Below, in pieces: positions 1 to 8,763 of a stretch of 44,371 nucleotides of DNA. The stretch comes from an uncultured Gammaproteobacteria bacterium (lineage in GTDB: Bacteria > Patescibacteriota > Patescibacteriia > Patescibacteriales > UBA12465). A program made the translations under genes and the position numbers. The first letter of the stretch is position 1. Each line of letters begins with the position of its first letter. The stretch spans positions 27,492 to 71,862 of the forward strand of contig CAZLGE010000001.1 in assembly GCA_964559375.1 (NCBI GenBank), in the 5' to 3' direction. Below the pieces are notes generated by a model. It worked only from the letters and a program-made list of their open reading frames with translations. It searched no databases and was not told where the DNA came from.

Positions 1-713
1 ATGGTGAGCCATTGTTCATTCCCGAAAGAATCAAGCTTGCCGGCAATTAGTTCATAATCACCGGGCGTCAGGTTTGGTCTGATGACGAAATACAGACCGA
101 CTCCGGAGGGTGGTGTGACCAGAGTATTATTGCTGATATTCCAGTTGTGGTCCACGGTTGGAACTGGGATGCGGTCACCCCAGGCTTGATCAACCAACCT
201 CAATTTATAGAAGAAACTCGATCCTCCTACGTAGTTGACACTGGTTTTATTGAGCGCAATGGCGGCACTATAATTATTGCCACCTATATTACTGACCCAC
301 CATTGGACGTCTCTCATGCCGTCCAGACTGGAGACGACCTTGAAGGGTCTTGTGGCGACGTGTTCCGTGCCATTAGCTTCACGTCCGGCTAGACGAATCA
401 CTGTTGTGGAACCGATCGCCCCTTCGAATTTGTATTTTACGGCTTGCCCACTATAGGCAAACCCGTATATAGTCCAGGTCCAGCTAGTAATTGCCGGTCC
501 ACTGGACTCGCCATACAAATTAACCACCACGCCCTGCTCGACGTAGGTGGTATCACCAATTACGGTAACGCCTTCGCCCCCGGTAACCTTCATTACGATT
601 AAACCAGACGGAGGAACCCCCGCTGGTTCGACTAGGTTTACCTCTCGGCAACCAATCATGGCTACCAGAGAGATGAGCATTATTGCTACGAAATTAATTT
701 TCGCGTTTTTCAT
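1..713 (-). CDS. hypothetical secreted lipoprotein (3' end runs off the window)
   Basis: Absent from the ORF track because it is open at the window edge. ATG is at 713-711, 8 nt downstream of an AAGGAG SD (rc of 722-727). My translation is MKNAKINFVAIMLISLVAMIGCREVNLVEPAG..., a signal peptide with a lipobox-like Cys. I translated codon by codon only down to about 290, but the track shows no competing minus-strand ORF below that. Confidence 0.6.
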   Translation of the reverse strand, partial: MKNAKINFVAIMLISLVAMIGCREVNLVEPAGVPPSGLIVMKVTGGEGVTVIGDTTYVEQGVVVNLYGESSGPAITSWTWTIYGFAYSGQAVKYKFEGAIGSTTVIRLAGREANGTEHVATRPFKVVSSLDGMRDVQWWVSNIGGNNYSAAIALNKTSVNYVGGSSFFYKLRLVDQAWGDRIPVPTVDHNWNISNNTLVTPPSGVGLYFVIRPNLTPGDYELIAGKLDSFGNEQWLT

Positions 714-743
714 TATTAGTACTCCTTTGTGTTATTTAGTTGA

Positions 744-774
744 AAAAAGAACTTTTTGCGCACTTCCGGCGCAA
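744..774 (-). terminator. possible terminator after the GT4 gene
   Basis: On the minus strand: TTGCGC-CGGAAGT-GCGCAA hairpin (756-774), followed by AAAGUUCUUUUUU. The U-run is not directly adjacent to the stem. Confidence 0.35.
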
Positions 775-790
775 TCTGCAAAATCAAAAA

Positions 791-1876
791 TTATTTCTGA
801 TAAACTTTCAGAATGCGGCGGGCAACATCGGGCCAGGTAAAATTATCCTTAGCGCGGGCGTAGGCCGCCTGCGCCTTGGCTTCCACCAGGTCCGGTTTGC
901 CAACCAGATCCTGCAGTCTATCCTTCAAACTCTCGATATTCTTGCTTTCAAAAGTAAAACCGGCCTCACCAATCGCCTCTTGGTTGGCCTTGATGTCACT
1001 GACTAGGCAGGCGGTCTTGTGCCCCATGGCTTCAAGGAGCGCAATAGACATCCCCTCCATCTCGGAGGGTTGGATGAACAGATAAGCGTTAGCATATAGC
1101 TGATCCAGGATACGTCCGCGCTGATTGCCAGTAAAAACGATACGCGGGTTACCACCGGCCAGTTTTTCCAGTTCCGGCAGATAATCGCCGTCACCGGTGA
1201 TCACTAATTTCTTATCCGTGTCAATGCTTAAAAAGGCGGGAATTAGATACTGCAGGCCTTTAAGCTTGATAATTCGTGAAACACTCAGGATATAATTTTT
1301 ACGGTTAATACCCCAAGCCAGAATGCGGTCATCGGCCGTATCTTCGTATAGATTCGTACCGTTGGGTATAAGAATGGTCTCCCGATTGTGTTTAGCCAGG
1401 ACATATTTCTGGGTAGACTCGGTCAGGACGATCACTTCGTCGGCTGCCCGACACATGATCTTTTCGCCGGTCCGGAGCATGATTTTAGCAAACCAGCCCC
1501 ATTTTTCATTATAGTAATCGAAGCTATGTAGCGTCGCGACCACCTTGATCCGACGCCGGATTAATTTTGGCAACCAGGCTAGGAGGGAAGGGCCGACGCC
1601 CTGGAAGTGGATCACGTCGACGCCGCGCCAAAGCGTATGGCAAATCGACAGGAAAGTATGAGTAATGGCAGCAAAATTCTTTCCTCGCAGGTAAGGCAGA
1701 TTAATGATCGAAATTTCCCGGAATTCACGGAGTTTCTGCGGAAGATAATCGACCCGATTATATACCAAAACCTCCTGTCCCAAGGACACTAGGTTAATAG
1801 CCAGGCTTTCGACGTAGCGTTCAACTCCGCCGTCCCGGGAAGGTATTCCTTTCTGTCCGATAAAAGCAATTTTCAT
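791..1876 (-). CDS. glycosyltransferase, GT-B fold, family 4-like
   Basis: 361-aa ORF. N-terminus MKIAFIGQKGIPSRDGGVERYV and a C-terminal E-x7-E motif (EMEGMSIALLEAM) are typical of GT4 enzymes. Confidence 0.85.
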   Translation of the reverse strand: MKIAFIGQKGIPSRDGGVERYVESLAINLVSLGQEVLVYNRVDYLPQKLREFREISIINLPYLRGKNFAAITHTFLSICHTLWRGVDVIHFQGVGPSLLAWLPKLIRRRIKVVATLHSFDYYNEKWGWFAKIMLRTGEKIMCRAADEVIVLTESTQKYVLAKHNRETILIPNGTNLYEDTADDRILAWGINRKNYILSVSRIIKLKGLQYLIPAFLSIDTDKKLVITGDGDYLPELEKLAGGNPRIVFTGNQRGRILDQLYANAYLFIQPSEMEGMSIALLEAMGHKTACLVSDIKANQEAIGEAGFTFESKNIESLKDRLQDLVGKPDLVEAKAQAAYARAKDNFTWPDVARRILKVYQK

Positions 1877-1905
1877 GACAAATGAATATTAGACTGTAAC
1901 CTTCT

Positions 1906-1934
1906 ATCTTAGTATATATTCGAATATCTGTCAA
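1906..1934 (-). promoter_or_regulatory. sigma70-type promoter for the GT4 gene
   Basis: Minus strand: TTGACA (1934-1929), 17-nt spacer, TAAGAT (1911-1906). About 30 nt upstream of the ATG. Confidence 0.55.
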
Positions 1935-1980
1935 GGTATTTGTGGCCAGTTCAGTTATTTTTTGTTCAAAAATAACCGCT

Positions 1981-2015
1981 AAAATTAGAAAAACCGCTAA
2001 TAATTGTGCGGTTTT
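1981..2015 (-). terminator. intrinsic terminator after corA
   Basis: Minus strand: AAAACCGC-(10 nt)-GCGGUUUU followed by UCUAAUUUU. Confidence 0.6.
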
Positions 2016-2054
2016 ACACAGGATCAGCCATTTTTTAGATAGGTTACCGTTAAC

Positions 2055-3017
2055 TCAGAGCCATTTTTTTCGCACAAAAAACATCAACATACCGACTGTT
2101 CCGAGTAGCATTACCGCGACTATCCACCAGAAGCCATATGGCAAGTTGACAAGAGGCATGGGGCTAACGTTCATCCCGAAAATGGCAGCCAACAGGGTGA
2201 GCGGAAAAACGATGACCGAGAAGATGGTCAAGGTTTTCATGATATCGGTCATTCGATTATTAAGCAGGGACTCATTGGTATTGTACAGGACTTCGACGAT
2301 CTCTTTCTGGTTGTCGAGCGTCTCCCAAATCCGCTTAGATTGTTCGACGAGGTTAGTATAGTACTTTTTGATCGAAGCGCGATCTACCAAAGCGCTGTCC
2401 ATCTGAGTAAGTTGCTGGAAGATGTTCTTATGATTTTGGATGATCCGGCGGACACTAATAATATTGCGCCGCAAAGTCAAGATTTCCACGGCTACTTCTT
2501 TTTGTTTACGGGAAAATATAAGATCCTCTATTTCGTCTATCTTCAGGCTGTTGGCGTCAATTAGACGGTAAGTCTCATCACTAAGATGACCGAGAATCTC
2601 ATAGAGCAGGATGGCCGACGATTCCAGCGAATAGGATAACAGTGAGTCCGGACTCTTCTTGCCTAGATTAAAAAAATTATTTAATCCTCTAAGATTATTA
2701 TAGTGAGCGGTTATAAGAAAGCTGTGGCCAACAAAAAAATCAACCTCGCTAGAGACAACGTTATCTCCCTTAATGGTTGGGAAGTGGAGGACCAAGCAGA
2801 GATAGCCTTGGCCGTGGAAGATCATCGGACGCTGGAAAGAAACTGAAGCGGCGGCGGCCTTCAGATGCTGCAGGTCAAACTTAAAATTCCGGCGCAAATA
2901 TTCGATCTCTTTCTTGCCGGCGTTTATGATATTTAACCATTTTAAGTCCGGAGCAGTCTTCGGGTTGTCTATCTTCAACTCCTCGATGCTCTCGCTTATC
3001 TTCTTATAATGAGACAT
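2055..3017 (-). CDS. corA: CorA-family magnesium/cobalt transporter
   Basis: 320 aa. GMN signature (AAIFGMNV) lies between two C-terminal TM helices, with a large soluble N-terminal domain. Confidence 0.9.
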   Translation of the reverse strand: MSHYKKISESIEELKIDNPKTAPDLKWLNIINAGKKEIEYLRRNFKFDLQHLKAAAASVSFQRPMIFHGQGYLCLVLHFPTIKGDNVVSSEVDFFVGHSFLITAHYNNLRGLNNFFNLGKKSPDSLLSYSLESSAILLYEILGHLSDETYRLIDANSLKIDEIEDLIFSRKQKEVAVEILTLRRNIISVRRIIQNHKNIFQQLTQMDSALVDRASIKKYYTNLVEQSKRIWETLDNQKEIVEVLYNTNESLLNNRMTDIMKTLTIFSVIVFPLTLLAAIFGMNVSPMPLVNLPYGFWWIVAVMLLGTVGMLMFFVRKKWL

Positions 3018-3023
3018 ACTATT

Positions 3024-3052
3024 TTGACGGGACGCTTAATTTATAATAAGAT
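3024..3052 (+). promoter_or_regulatory. candidate promoter for the tagA-nudix/gltX unit
   Basis: TTGACG (3024-3029), 17 nt, TAAGAT (3047-3052). The ATG is at 3075. Confidence 0.4.
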
Positions 3053-3074
3053 TAAACTTAGCTAATTATAGCAT

Positions 3075-4280
3075 ATGGCCAATATTTTGGGAATAAATCT
3101 CAGCTCGTTAGCGCCCGATAAGATCAGGGTGCTGCTTGGCGAGTGGTTAGAGGGCGGCGCCCAGCGTTTTATCGCTACTCCTAATCCCGAAATAATCTTG
3201 GCGGCGCACGCGGACGAAGAATTATTTTATATCCTTAATTGCGCTGATCTGGCGCCGGCCGACGGGTTTGGTCTGCGTCTGGCCGGTTGGCTCTATGGCG
3301 AAAGGGTACCACGTTTTGCCGGTGCGGATATAGTGGCTGAACTCATTCAACTAGCGATAGATAAGAAGGCCCGGATTGCGGTGCTTAATTGGCGAGGTGG
3401 CCTGTCGCCCGCGGCGGAGATCGAGTCCGCTCTAGGTAAAAAATATCCTGGCCTGGAGTATCTGATCGTCGATACCAGCCGGACACATTCTCTGCCTAGC
3501 CTGTTAGAGGACGCGTTGTCTCGTCTTGCCACCTTTAAGCCGTCCATATTATTTTGCACCTTCGGCTCCCCTTATCAAGAGAAGGTAATTTATCATAATT
3601 TGGCTAAGCTGCCTTCGGTCAGGATCGCGATCGGCTGTGGCGGCGCTTTTGATTTTTTAACCGGCCGACTTCGCCGGGCGCCGCGCGTTTGGCGCCGTTG
3701 GGGGCTGGAATGGCTGTGGCGCCTCATCAGTCAGCCAACGCGCTGGCGTCGAATATACCGAGCGGTCTTTGTCTTTACATTTGAGGTCTTAAAAGCGATG
3801 TTTATCAGCCGTTATAGGTACCGGTCCAATGTCGCCTGCCTGTTATACAAATCGGACGCCGGCGTTAAAAAGGTGTTGATCGTCGAGCGTACCGGCGAAG
3901 CCGGACACTGGCAGCTGCCTCAAGGCGGGACTGACGGGGAAGAGATTGAGATCGCTGGAGCCCGCGAGTTACGGGAAGAGACTGGCGCCGTTTCAATCGC
4001 CAGTCGCGGTGTATTCAGCGGTCTGCATCGATACAAATTCCCCAAAAAAAATAATTACCGCGGATCGGAAAACTGTGAGCACAAGTACGATTATCGCGGC
4101 CAGAAGCAAAGCCTGTTCATCGCGGAATTTTTGGGTGCTGACACGGAAATCAAGATAAATTTTTGGGATCACAGCGCCTGGCGATGGGTTGAGGCTGAGA
4201 GCTTGATCGAGGCCCTACATCCAATCCGCCGTTCAGCCGCCCAGATATACATTGAGAAATTCAAATCGTTAAACTTATAA
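3075..4280 (+). CDS. WecG/TagA/CpsF-family (GT26) glycosyltransferase fused to a C-terminal Nudix hydrolase domain
   Basis: 401 aa. The N-terminal ~245 aa carry TagA-like motifs (IATPNPEI, GCGGAFDFLTG..RRAP.W....GLEWLWRL). The C-terminal ~145 aa carry HWQLPQGGTDGEEIEIAGARELREETG, a near-canonical Nudix box. One continuous frame. Confidence 0.8.
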   Translation: MANILGINLSSLAPDKIRVLLGEWLEGGAQRFIATPNPEIILAAHADEELFYILNCADLAPADGFGLRLAGWLYGERVPRFAGADIVAELIQLAIDKKARIAVLNWRGGLSPAAEIESALGKKYPGLEYLIVDTSRTHSLPSLLEDALSRLATFKPSILFCTFGSPYQEKVIYHNLAKLPSVRIAIGCGGAFDFLTGRLRRAPRVWRRWGLEWLWRLISQPTRWRRIYRAVFVFTFEVLKAMFISRYRYRSNVACLLYKSDAGVKKVLIVERTGEAGHWQLPQGGTDGEEIEIAGARELREETGAVSIASRGVFSGLHRYKFPKKNNYRGSENCEHKYDYRGQKQSLFIAEFLGADTEIKINFWDHSAWRWVEAESLIEALHPIRRSAAQIYIEKFKSLNL

Positions 4281-4282
4281 AT

Positions 4283-5752
4283 ATGTTTTCTTTCGCTAAC
4301 AAGATTCGCCTCCGCTTCGCCCCGTCGCCGACCGGTTTTCTACATATCGGCAGCTTGAGAGCCGCCCTGTTCACCTATTTACTGGCTAAAAGCTGGGGCG
4401 GAAAATTCATCCTGCGGATAGAAGATACTGATGAGAAGCGCGAAGTTGAGGGCGCCACTGACAATCTGATCCTTGTTCTGAAAAAAATCGGGCTGGAATT
4501 TGATGAAGGTCCTTATAGCGGCGGGAAATATGGACCCTACACGCAGACAGAACGCTTAGATATATATAAGCGCCACAGCGAAGAGCTGCTCGCCGCGGGC
4601 AAGGTGTACCGCTGTTTCTGCTCGGAAGAAAGATTGACCGAGATGCGCGCAGCCCAGGAAGCGGCCAAGCAGCCGCCGCGTTATGACCGTTTGTGCCGGA
4701 GCTTGAGCTTAGATGAAGCTGCCGCCCGGGCCGCAGGCGGCGAATCATACGTGATCCGTCAGAAGATGCCGCTTGAGGGCGAGGTGGTCGTCCACGATGA
4801 AATACGGGGCGATATAAAGTTTCAGGCAGCGGATCTTGATGACCAGGTGCTTATCAAATCAAATGGCGTTCCTACTTATCAATTTGCTAGTGTCGTTGAC
4901 GACCATCTGATGGGGATATCGCATGTCACTCGGGCGGTGGAATGGTTGCCATCTTACCCGAAAAATATCCTTCTGTATCGTGATTTCGGCTGGACGCCGC
5001 CAAAGTTCATCCACATGCCCCTTATCCTCAATAAAGAAGGCGGCGGTAAACTGAGCAAGCGGCGCGGGGATGTCTTTGTCGAGGATTATTTTGCTAAGGG
5101 ATACCTTCCCGAAGCGCTGATCAATTTTTGCGTCCTCTTGGGCTGGCACCCTAAAAGCGATCAAGAATTGTGGACGCTTGATGAGTTAAAAAAAGATTTT
5201 ACTCTGGAGGGGCTCGGCGCTAGCCCGGCCGTGTTTGATACCGATAAGCTCGACTACTTCAATGCCCACTACATCCGCCTTAAGTCGGTAAGTGAACTCA
5301 CGCGCCTTACCCGTCCATACCTTGAAGAGGCCGGTCTCCTGACCGACGAGCGACAGCTAGAAAAGTTTGTTGCCCTATCTCAGGATCGTCTAAAAAAATT
5401 AAGCGACGTTGTTGAGCTGACCGCTTTTCTTTTCCGTCTGCCGGAGTACAGCGTGGACTCTCTAAAATGGAAAAAAATCAGTCTGGAAGAATCCTTACTC
5501 TGCCTTGGCAAGATCGGTTCCGAGCTAAGTAATGTTCCCGCTGAAAAATGGGATAAGGCCTATTTGGAAAAGCGACTTCTGGAGTGGATAAAAGAGCAGG
5601 GGAGACCTAATGGCGACTATCTCTGGCCGCTCCGCTACGCGCTTACCGGCCAAGTTTATAGTCCAGGCCCATTTGAGGTAGCTGATGCTTTGGGGCGGGA
5701 AGAGAGCTTAAGGAGGATAAGTCTGGCCACCGACAAGGCGCAAATTGTTTAA
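4283..5752 (+). CDS. gltX: glutamyl-tRNA synthetase
   Basis: 489 aa. HIGH-type motif (PSPTGFLHIGSLRAA) and KMSKS-type motif (KLSKR). The start lies 2 nt after the preceding stop. Confidence 0.93.
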   Translation: MFSFANKIRLRFAPSPTGFLHIGSLRAALFTYLLAKSWGGKFILRIEDTDEKREVEGATDNLILVLKKIGLEFDEGPYSGGKYGPYTQTERLDIYKRHSEELLAAGKVYRCFCSEERLTEMRAAQEAAKQPPRYDRLCRSLSLDEAAARAAGGESYVIRQKMPLEGEVVVHDEIRGDIKFQAADLDDQVLIKSNGVPTYQFASVVDDHLMGISHVTRAVEWLPSYPKNILLYRDFGWTPPKFIHMPLILNKEGGGKLSKRRGDVFVEDYFAKGYLPEALINFCVLLGWHPKSDQELWTLDELKKDFTLEGLGASPAVFDTDKLDYFNAHYIRLKSVSELTRLTRPYLEEAGLLTDERQLEKFVALSQDRLKKLSDVVELTAFLFRLPEYSVDSLKWKKISLEESLLCLGKIGSELSNVPAEKWDKAYLEKRLLEWIKEQGRPNGDYLWPLRYALTGQVYSPGPFEVADALGREESLRRISLATDKAQIV

Positions 5753-5775
5753 AATTTAGCCTATTTTAAACAATA

Positions 5776-5804
5776 TTTACAGATATTCCAAAATATGTTA
5801 TAAT
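5776..5804 (+). promoter_or_regulatory. sigma70-type promoter (extended -10) for the M23 peptidase gene
   Basis: TTTACA (5776-5781), 17 nt, TATAAT (5799-5804), with TGT immediately upstream of the -10. Confidence 0.6.
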
Positions 5805-5826
5805 GTAATAGTTAATAACGTATGAA

Positions 5827-7089
5827 ATGGCTTTTTACCCTAAACTATCTATGAAAAATATCCTGTCCCGACTGATCAAGCTGAGTTGTTTGGCACTATT
5901 TGCCATAAGCTTGCTGTCCGGCGGCTCGTCTGTCCTGGGGCAGAGTAGCGATATCGATGCGGAGATCAGTGAGCTTAACCAGAAGATTCAGGCGCAAAAG
6001 AAGCAAATCGATGCGCTTCGTTTGCGCCAGCAAGAATACCAAACACAGATCCAAGCCAAGCAGCAAGAGCGCACCAGTTTGAGTAATCAGCTGGCAATAC
6101 TGGAAAATCGTCTAGCTAAAGCCAAGCTTGATATTGAAAGCGCTAATTTGGAAATCGATAAGACGAACTTGGAGATCAAGAAGGTAGAAATTGATAAGGA
6201 CAACCTCGATAAAAAAATTGAGACGCAGAAGCTGCACATCGCCAGTCTGCTCCGCTCGATCTATAAGCAGGACCAGGTATCCACTTTAGAGATACTGCTT
6301 CTAAATAATTCACTCACAGAGTTCTTGAACCAAGCTCGTTATCTGCAAGATGCCAATATCGAGATCGGCCGCAGTGTCGAAGACCTGAAAATGAACAAGG
6401 AACTGCTGGATCAGAACATCGTCGTCCTCGACGCCAAGAACAAAGAGATGCTCGCCCTTAAGACGGAACTTGAGGAAAAAAAGGAAAGTTTATCTTACGA
6501 GCAGTCTAATAAGTCCAACCTTCTTGCCGAGACCCGCGCTTCAGAAAGGGAATACCAGAATCTTATCGAGCAGGGGAAGCGCGAGCAGCGCCAAGCCGAA
6601 GCAGCGATTGCCAGCGCAGAGATCCTGATCCGTCAAAAGATGACCGAAAAAGAACGGCAGACACTAAATAATGGCAATAATACGATTGCCTGGCCAGTTG
6701 CCCGTAACGTCATCACCGCCGGTTTTCACGATTCCACTTATCCCTACAAAAACTTAATTGGCGAACATCCGGCTGTTGATATACGCGCCAAACAGGGCAG
6801 CACGATCATGGCCGCTGCCGACGGTTATGTCGCCAAGGTTAAGTCCGACGGCACCAAAAATTACGCCTATATCATGCTCATCCATGGTAACGGCTTATCC
6901 ACCGTTTACGGACACGTCTCGGCAGTCTTTGTGATGCAGGACCAATATGTTAAGCAGGGACAGGCGATCGGTCGATCGGGTGGCATGCCGGGCGGCACCG
7001 GTTCCGGACCGTTCACGACTGGGCCACATCTGCACTTTGAAGTTCGCTTGAATGGTTTGCCGGTTAATCCGGAGAACTATCTGCCTTAA
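5827..7089 (+). CDS. M23 (LytM-type) metallopeptidase with a long N-terminal coiled coil (EnvC-like)
   Basis: 420 aa. Signal/TM segment, then about 250 aa of heptad-rich Q/E/K sequence. C-terminal HPAVDI...GPHLHFEVRLNG motifs match M23. An alternative start at 5851 (MKNILS...) is possible. Confidence 0.88.
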   Translation: MAFYPKLSMKNILSRLIKLSCLALFAISLLSGGSSVLGQSSDIDAEISELNQKIQAQKKQIDALRLRQQEYQTQIQAKQQERTSLSNQLAILENRLAKAKLDIESANLEIDKTNLEIKKVEIDKDNLDKKIETQKLHIASLLRSIYKQDQVSTLEILLLNNSLTEFLNQARYLQDANIEIGRSVEDLKMNKELLDQNIVVLDAKNKEMLALKTELEEKKESLSYEQSNKSNLLAETRASEREYQNLIEQGKREQRQAEAAIASAEILIRQKMTEKERQTLNNGNNTIAWPVARNVITAGFHDSTYPYKNLIGEHPAVDIRAKQGSTIMAAADGYVAKVKSDGTKNYAYIMLIHGNGLSTVYGHVSAVFVMQDQYVKQGQAIGRSGGMPGGTGSGPFTTGPHLHFEVRLNGLPVNPENYLP

Positions 7090-7177
7090 ATTTATTTGCA
7101 ACATTATTAATTATAATAATATGTTGAGTGATAATTTTTTTTCAAAGTTCATTAACAAAAAAGAGAAGGAGAAAAAA

Positions 7178-7654
7178 ATGAACAATAAACCAAGCAAAGA
7201 AGAGGCCAAACAGGAATTAATTGAAAAATTTGGCATGGATAATACTTGGAGTTTTCAATGGGCTTTACGAAGAGGAGAGATTGAATTAGCTGAAAATTGG
7301 TTAAACTATATTATCGACAATAAAGAAAATTTTCCGCAATATGAAGGGAATTGGGATGAATGGTTAAAAGATCGCCAAGAAAATATCAGCACCTATAAAG
7401 AACTTAAAGCCAATGGGACTCTAGAAAAAACCGAAACTAAAACCATAAAATCGGTTAGCGAGGAGGGATTAAGAAGATTTGGAATAACCGACACAAAGGA
7501 TTTTAGACGATGCTTACAGGAGGGTAAAGTTGATAGCGCCCAATCCTGGTTTGAATATGTGCAAGAGAATATTATATATTTTACTCAATATTCAACAAAA
7601 AAATGGCTTTCGGACCGCCAAAAAGAATTAGCTGATGCTAAAAATAAAGGATGA
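7178..7654 (+). CDS. hypothetical protein made of two ~55-aa internal repeats (low-GC orphan)
   Basis: I prefer the ATG at 7178 (after GAAGGAG) over the track start at 7052. The repeats are FGMDNTWSFQWALRRGEIELAENWLNYIIDNKENFPQY..WDEWLKDRQ and FGITDTKDFRRCLQEGKVDSAQSWFEYVQENIIYFTQY..KKWLSDRQ. I recognise no family. Confidence 0.6.
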   Translation: MNNKPSKEEAKQELIEKFGMDNTWSFQWALRRGEIELAENWLNYIIDNKENFPQYEGNWDEWLKDRQENISTYKELKANGTLEKTETKTIKSVSEEGLRRFGITDTKDFRRCLQEGKVDSAQSWFEYVQENIIYFTQYSTKKWLSDRQKELADAKNKG

Positions 7655-7676
7655 TTTAATAAATCTCTCTTAAAGC

Positions 7677-7704
7677 AAAAGCCATCATAAATTTGATGGC
7701 TTTT
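7677..7704. terminator. bidirectional intrinsic terminator between convergent genes
   Basis: AAAAGCCATCA-TAAATT-TGATGGCTTTT, with an A-run on one side and a T-run on the other. Confidence 0.75.
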
Positions 7705-7713
7705 TTAAACGCT

Positions 7714-8670
7714 TTAGAACTCTCGTCCTTCATGCACCTTACGGTGGATATCGCGGAGCTGCTTATTAGTGACGTGAGTATAGATCTGGGTAGTAGCGAT
7801 ATTACTGTGTCCCAAAAATTCCTGTACGGTGCGGAGGTCAACGCCTTGATTAAGAAGGTCGGTAGCAAAGGAGTGGCGCAGCGTGTGAGGCGTGGCCATG
7901 ACCGGTAAGCCGGCTATCTTCACATATTTTTTAACGATATCCTCGATACTCTTTACGGTCAAGCGGCGCGAGTCCTGTGTCTTAGTTGCACCCCGACGGT
8001 AATTAATGAACAGGGCATCATCCATATCTTTACGCTCCTTAAGGTAAGCGCGCAAAGCGGTGATTGCCCGGCCAGAAAAATATACTGTCCGGAGTTTACT
8101 TCCTTTACCAATTATCGCCGTCTCGATGTCTTTAGTGTCATCCTTGATTCGTAACTGGTCCCGATCTAGGGCGGCTAGTTCAGCGACTCGCAGACCGGTC
8201 GAAAATAGGGTTTCCAGAAGTGACCGATCACGCAGGCCGATGATCGTTCCCTGAGAAGGAGCGCTAAGCAGCCGTGACAACTGCTCGAGCTTTAAAAATT
8301 TTATTTCTTTATCAGCTTTATCTTTAGCTAATTTTACTTTTGAAGGCGACAGGGAAGTGATGTCTTTTTCGACGAAAAACTCCAGAAGAGAGCGCAGCGC
8401 TATCAGGTAGTAGTTCTGCGTAGTCTTTTTAAGGGTTTTATTTGTCCTTTTATCCGCATGGCGCGACAGATATACTTTATACTGCCAGATGAGCTCCGGA
8501 GTCAGGGAAGAGGGTTGGAGGGCCTCCCGACCAGTGTCCTTGAGCCAGCCGAAGAACTTCCGGAGGAAGCGAGTATAATTTTCCTGGGTCTTCGAGGAGA
8601 GACCCTTCTCGATCTCCGAATAATCCAGAAAGTCGGTCAGGTATTTTATTATCGGCTTATGCTTATCCAT
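7714..8670 (-). CDS. tyrosine site-specific recombinase, XerC/XerD family
   Basis: 318 aa. N-terminal SAM-like core-binding domain. C-terminal catalytic motifs: ..GLRVAELAAL.., HTLRHSFATDLL, LGHSNIATTQIYTHV (R..HxxR..Y). Confidence 0.9.
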   Translation of the reverse strand: MDKHKPIIKYLTDFLDYSEIEKGLSSKTQENYTRFLRKFFGWLKDTGREALQPSSLTPELIWQYKVYLSRHADKRTNKTLKKTTQNYYLIALRSLLEFFVEKDITSLSPSKVKLAKDKADKEIKFLKLEQLSRLLSAPSQGTIIGLRDRSLLETLFSTGLRVAELAALDRDQLRIKDDTKDIETAIIGKGSKLRTVYFSGRAITALRAYLKERKDMDDALFINYRRGATKTQDSRRLTVKSIEDIVKKYVKIAGLPVMATPHTLRHSFATDLLNQGVDLRTVQEFLGHSNIATTQIYTHVTNKQLRDIHRKVHEGREF

Positions 8671-8679
8671 AGCAGGTTA

Positions 8680-8688
8680 ATTATATCA
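8680..8688 (-). promoter_or_regulatory. extended -10 element (TGATATAAT) 9 nt upstream of the xer ATG; near-leaderless transcript predicted
   Basis: Minus strand reads TGATATAAT-TAACCTGCT-ATG. There is no SD and no convincing -35. Confidence 0.45.
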
Positions 8689-8763
8689 CACTTTCTTTTT
8701 GAGGTAGGGGCAGGGTGTCTTGACCTAGATGGTTAAATACGGCCCTGAACAGGCATCCCTGAT

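Noticed and set aside
7102-7129. A possible second, degenerate dif site (CATTATTAATT-ATAATA-ATATGTTGAGT) that would bracket an IMEX together with 8764-8791.
   Set aside because: Only the right arm resembles a XerD arm (8/11), and the left arm does not match. The region is very AT-rich, so a chance match is likely. I kept it only as something to test.
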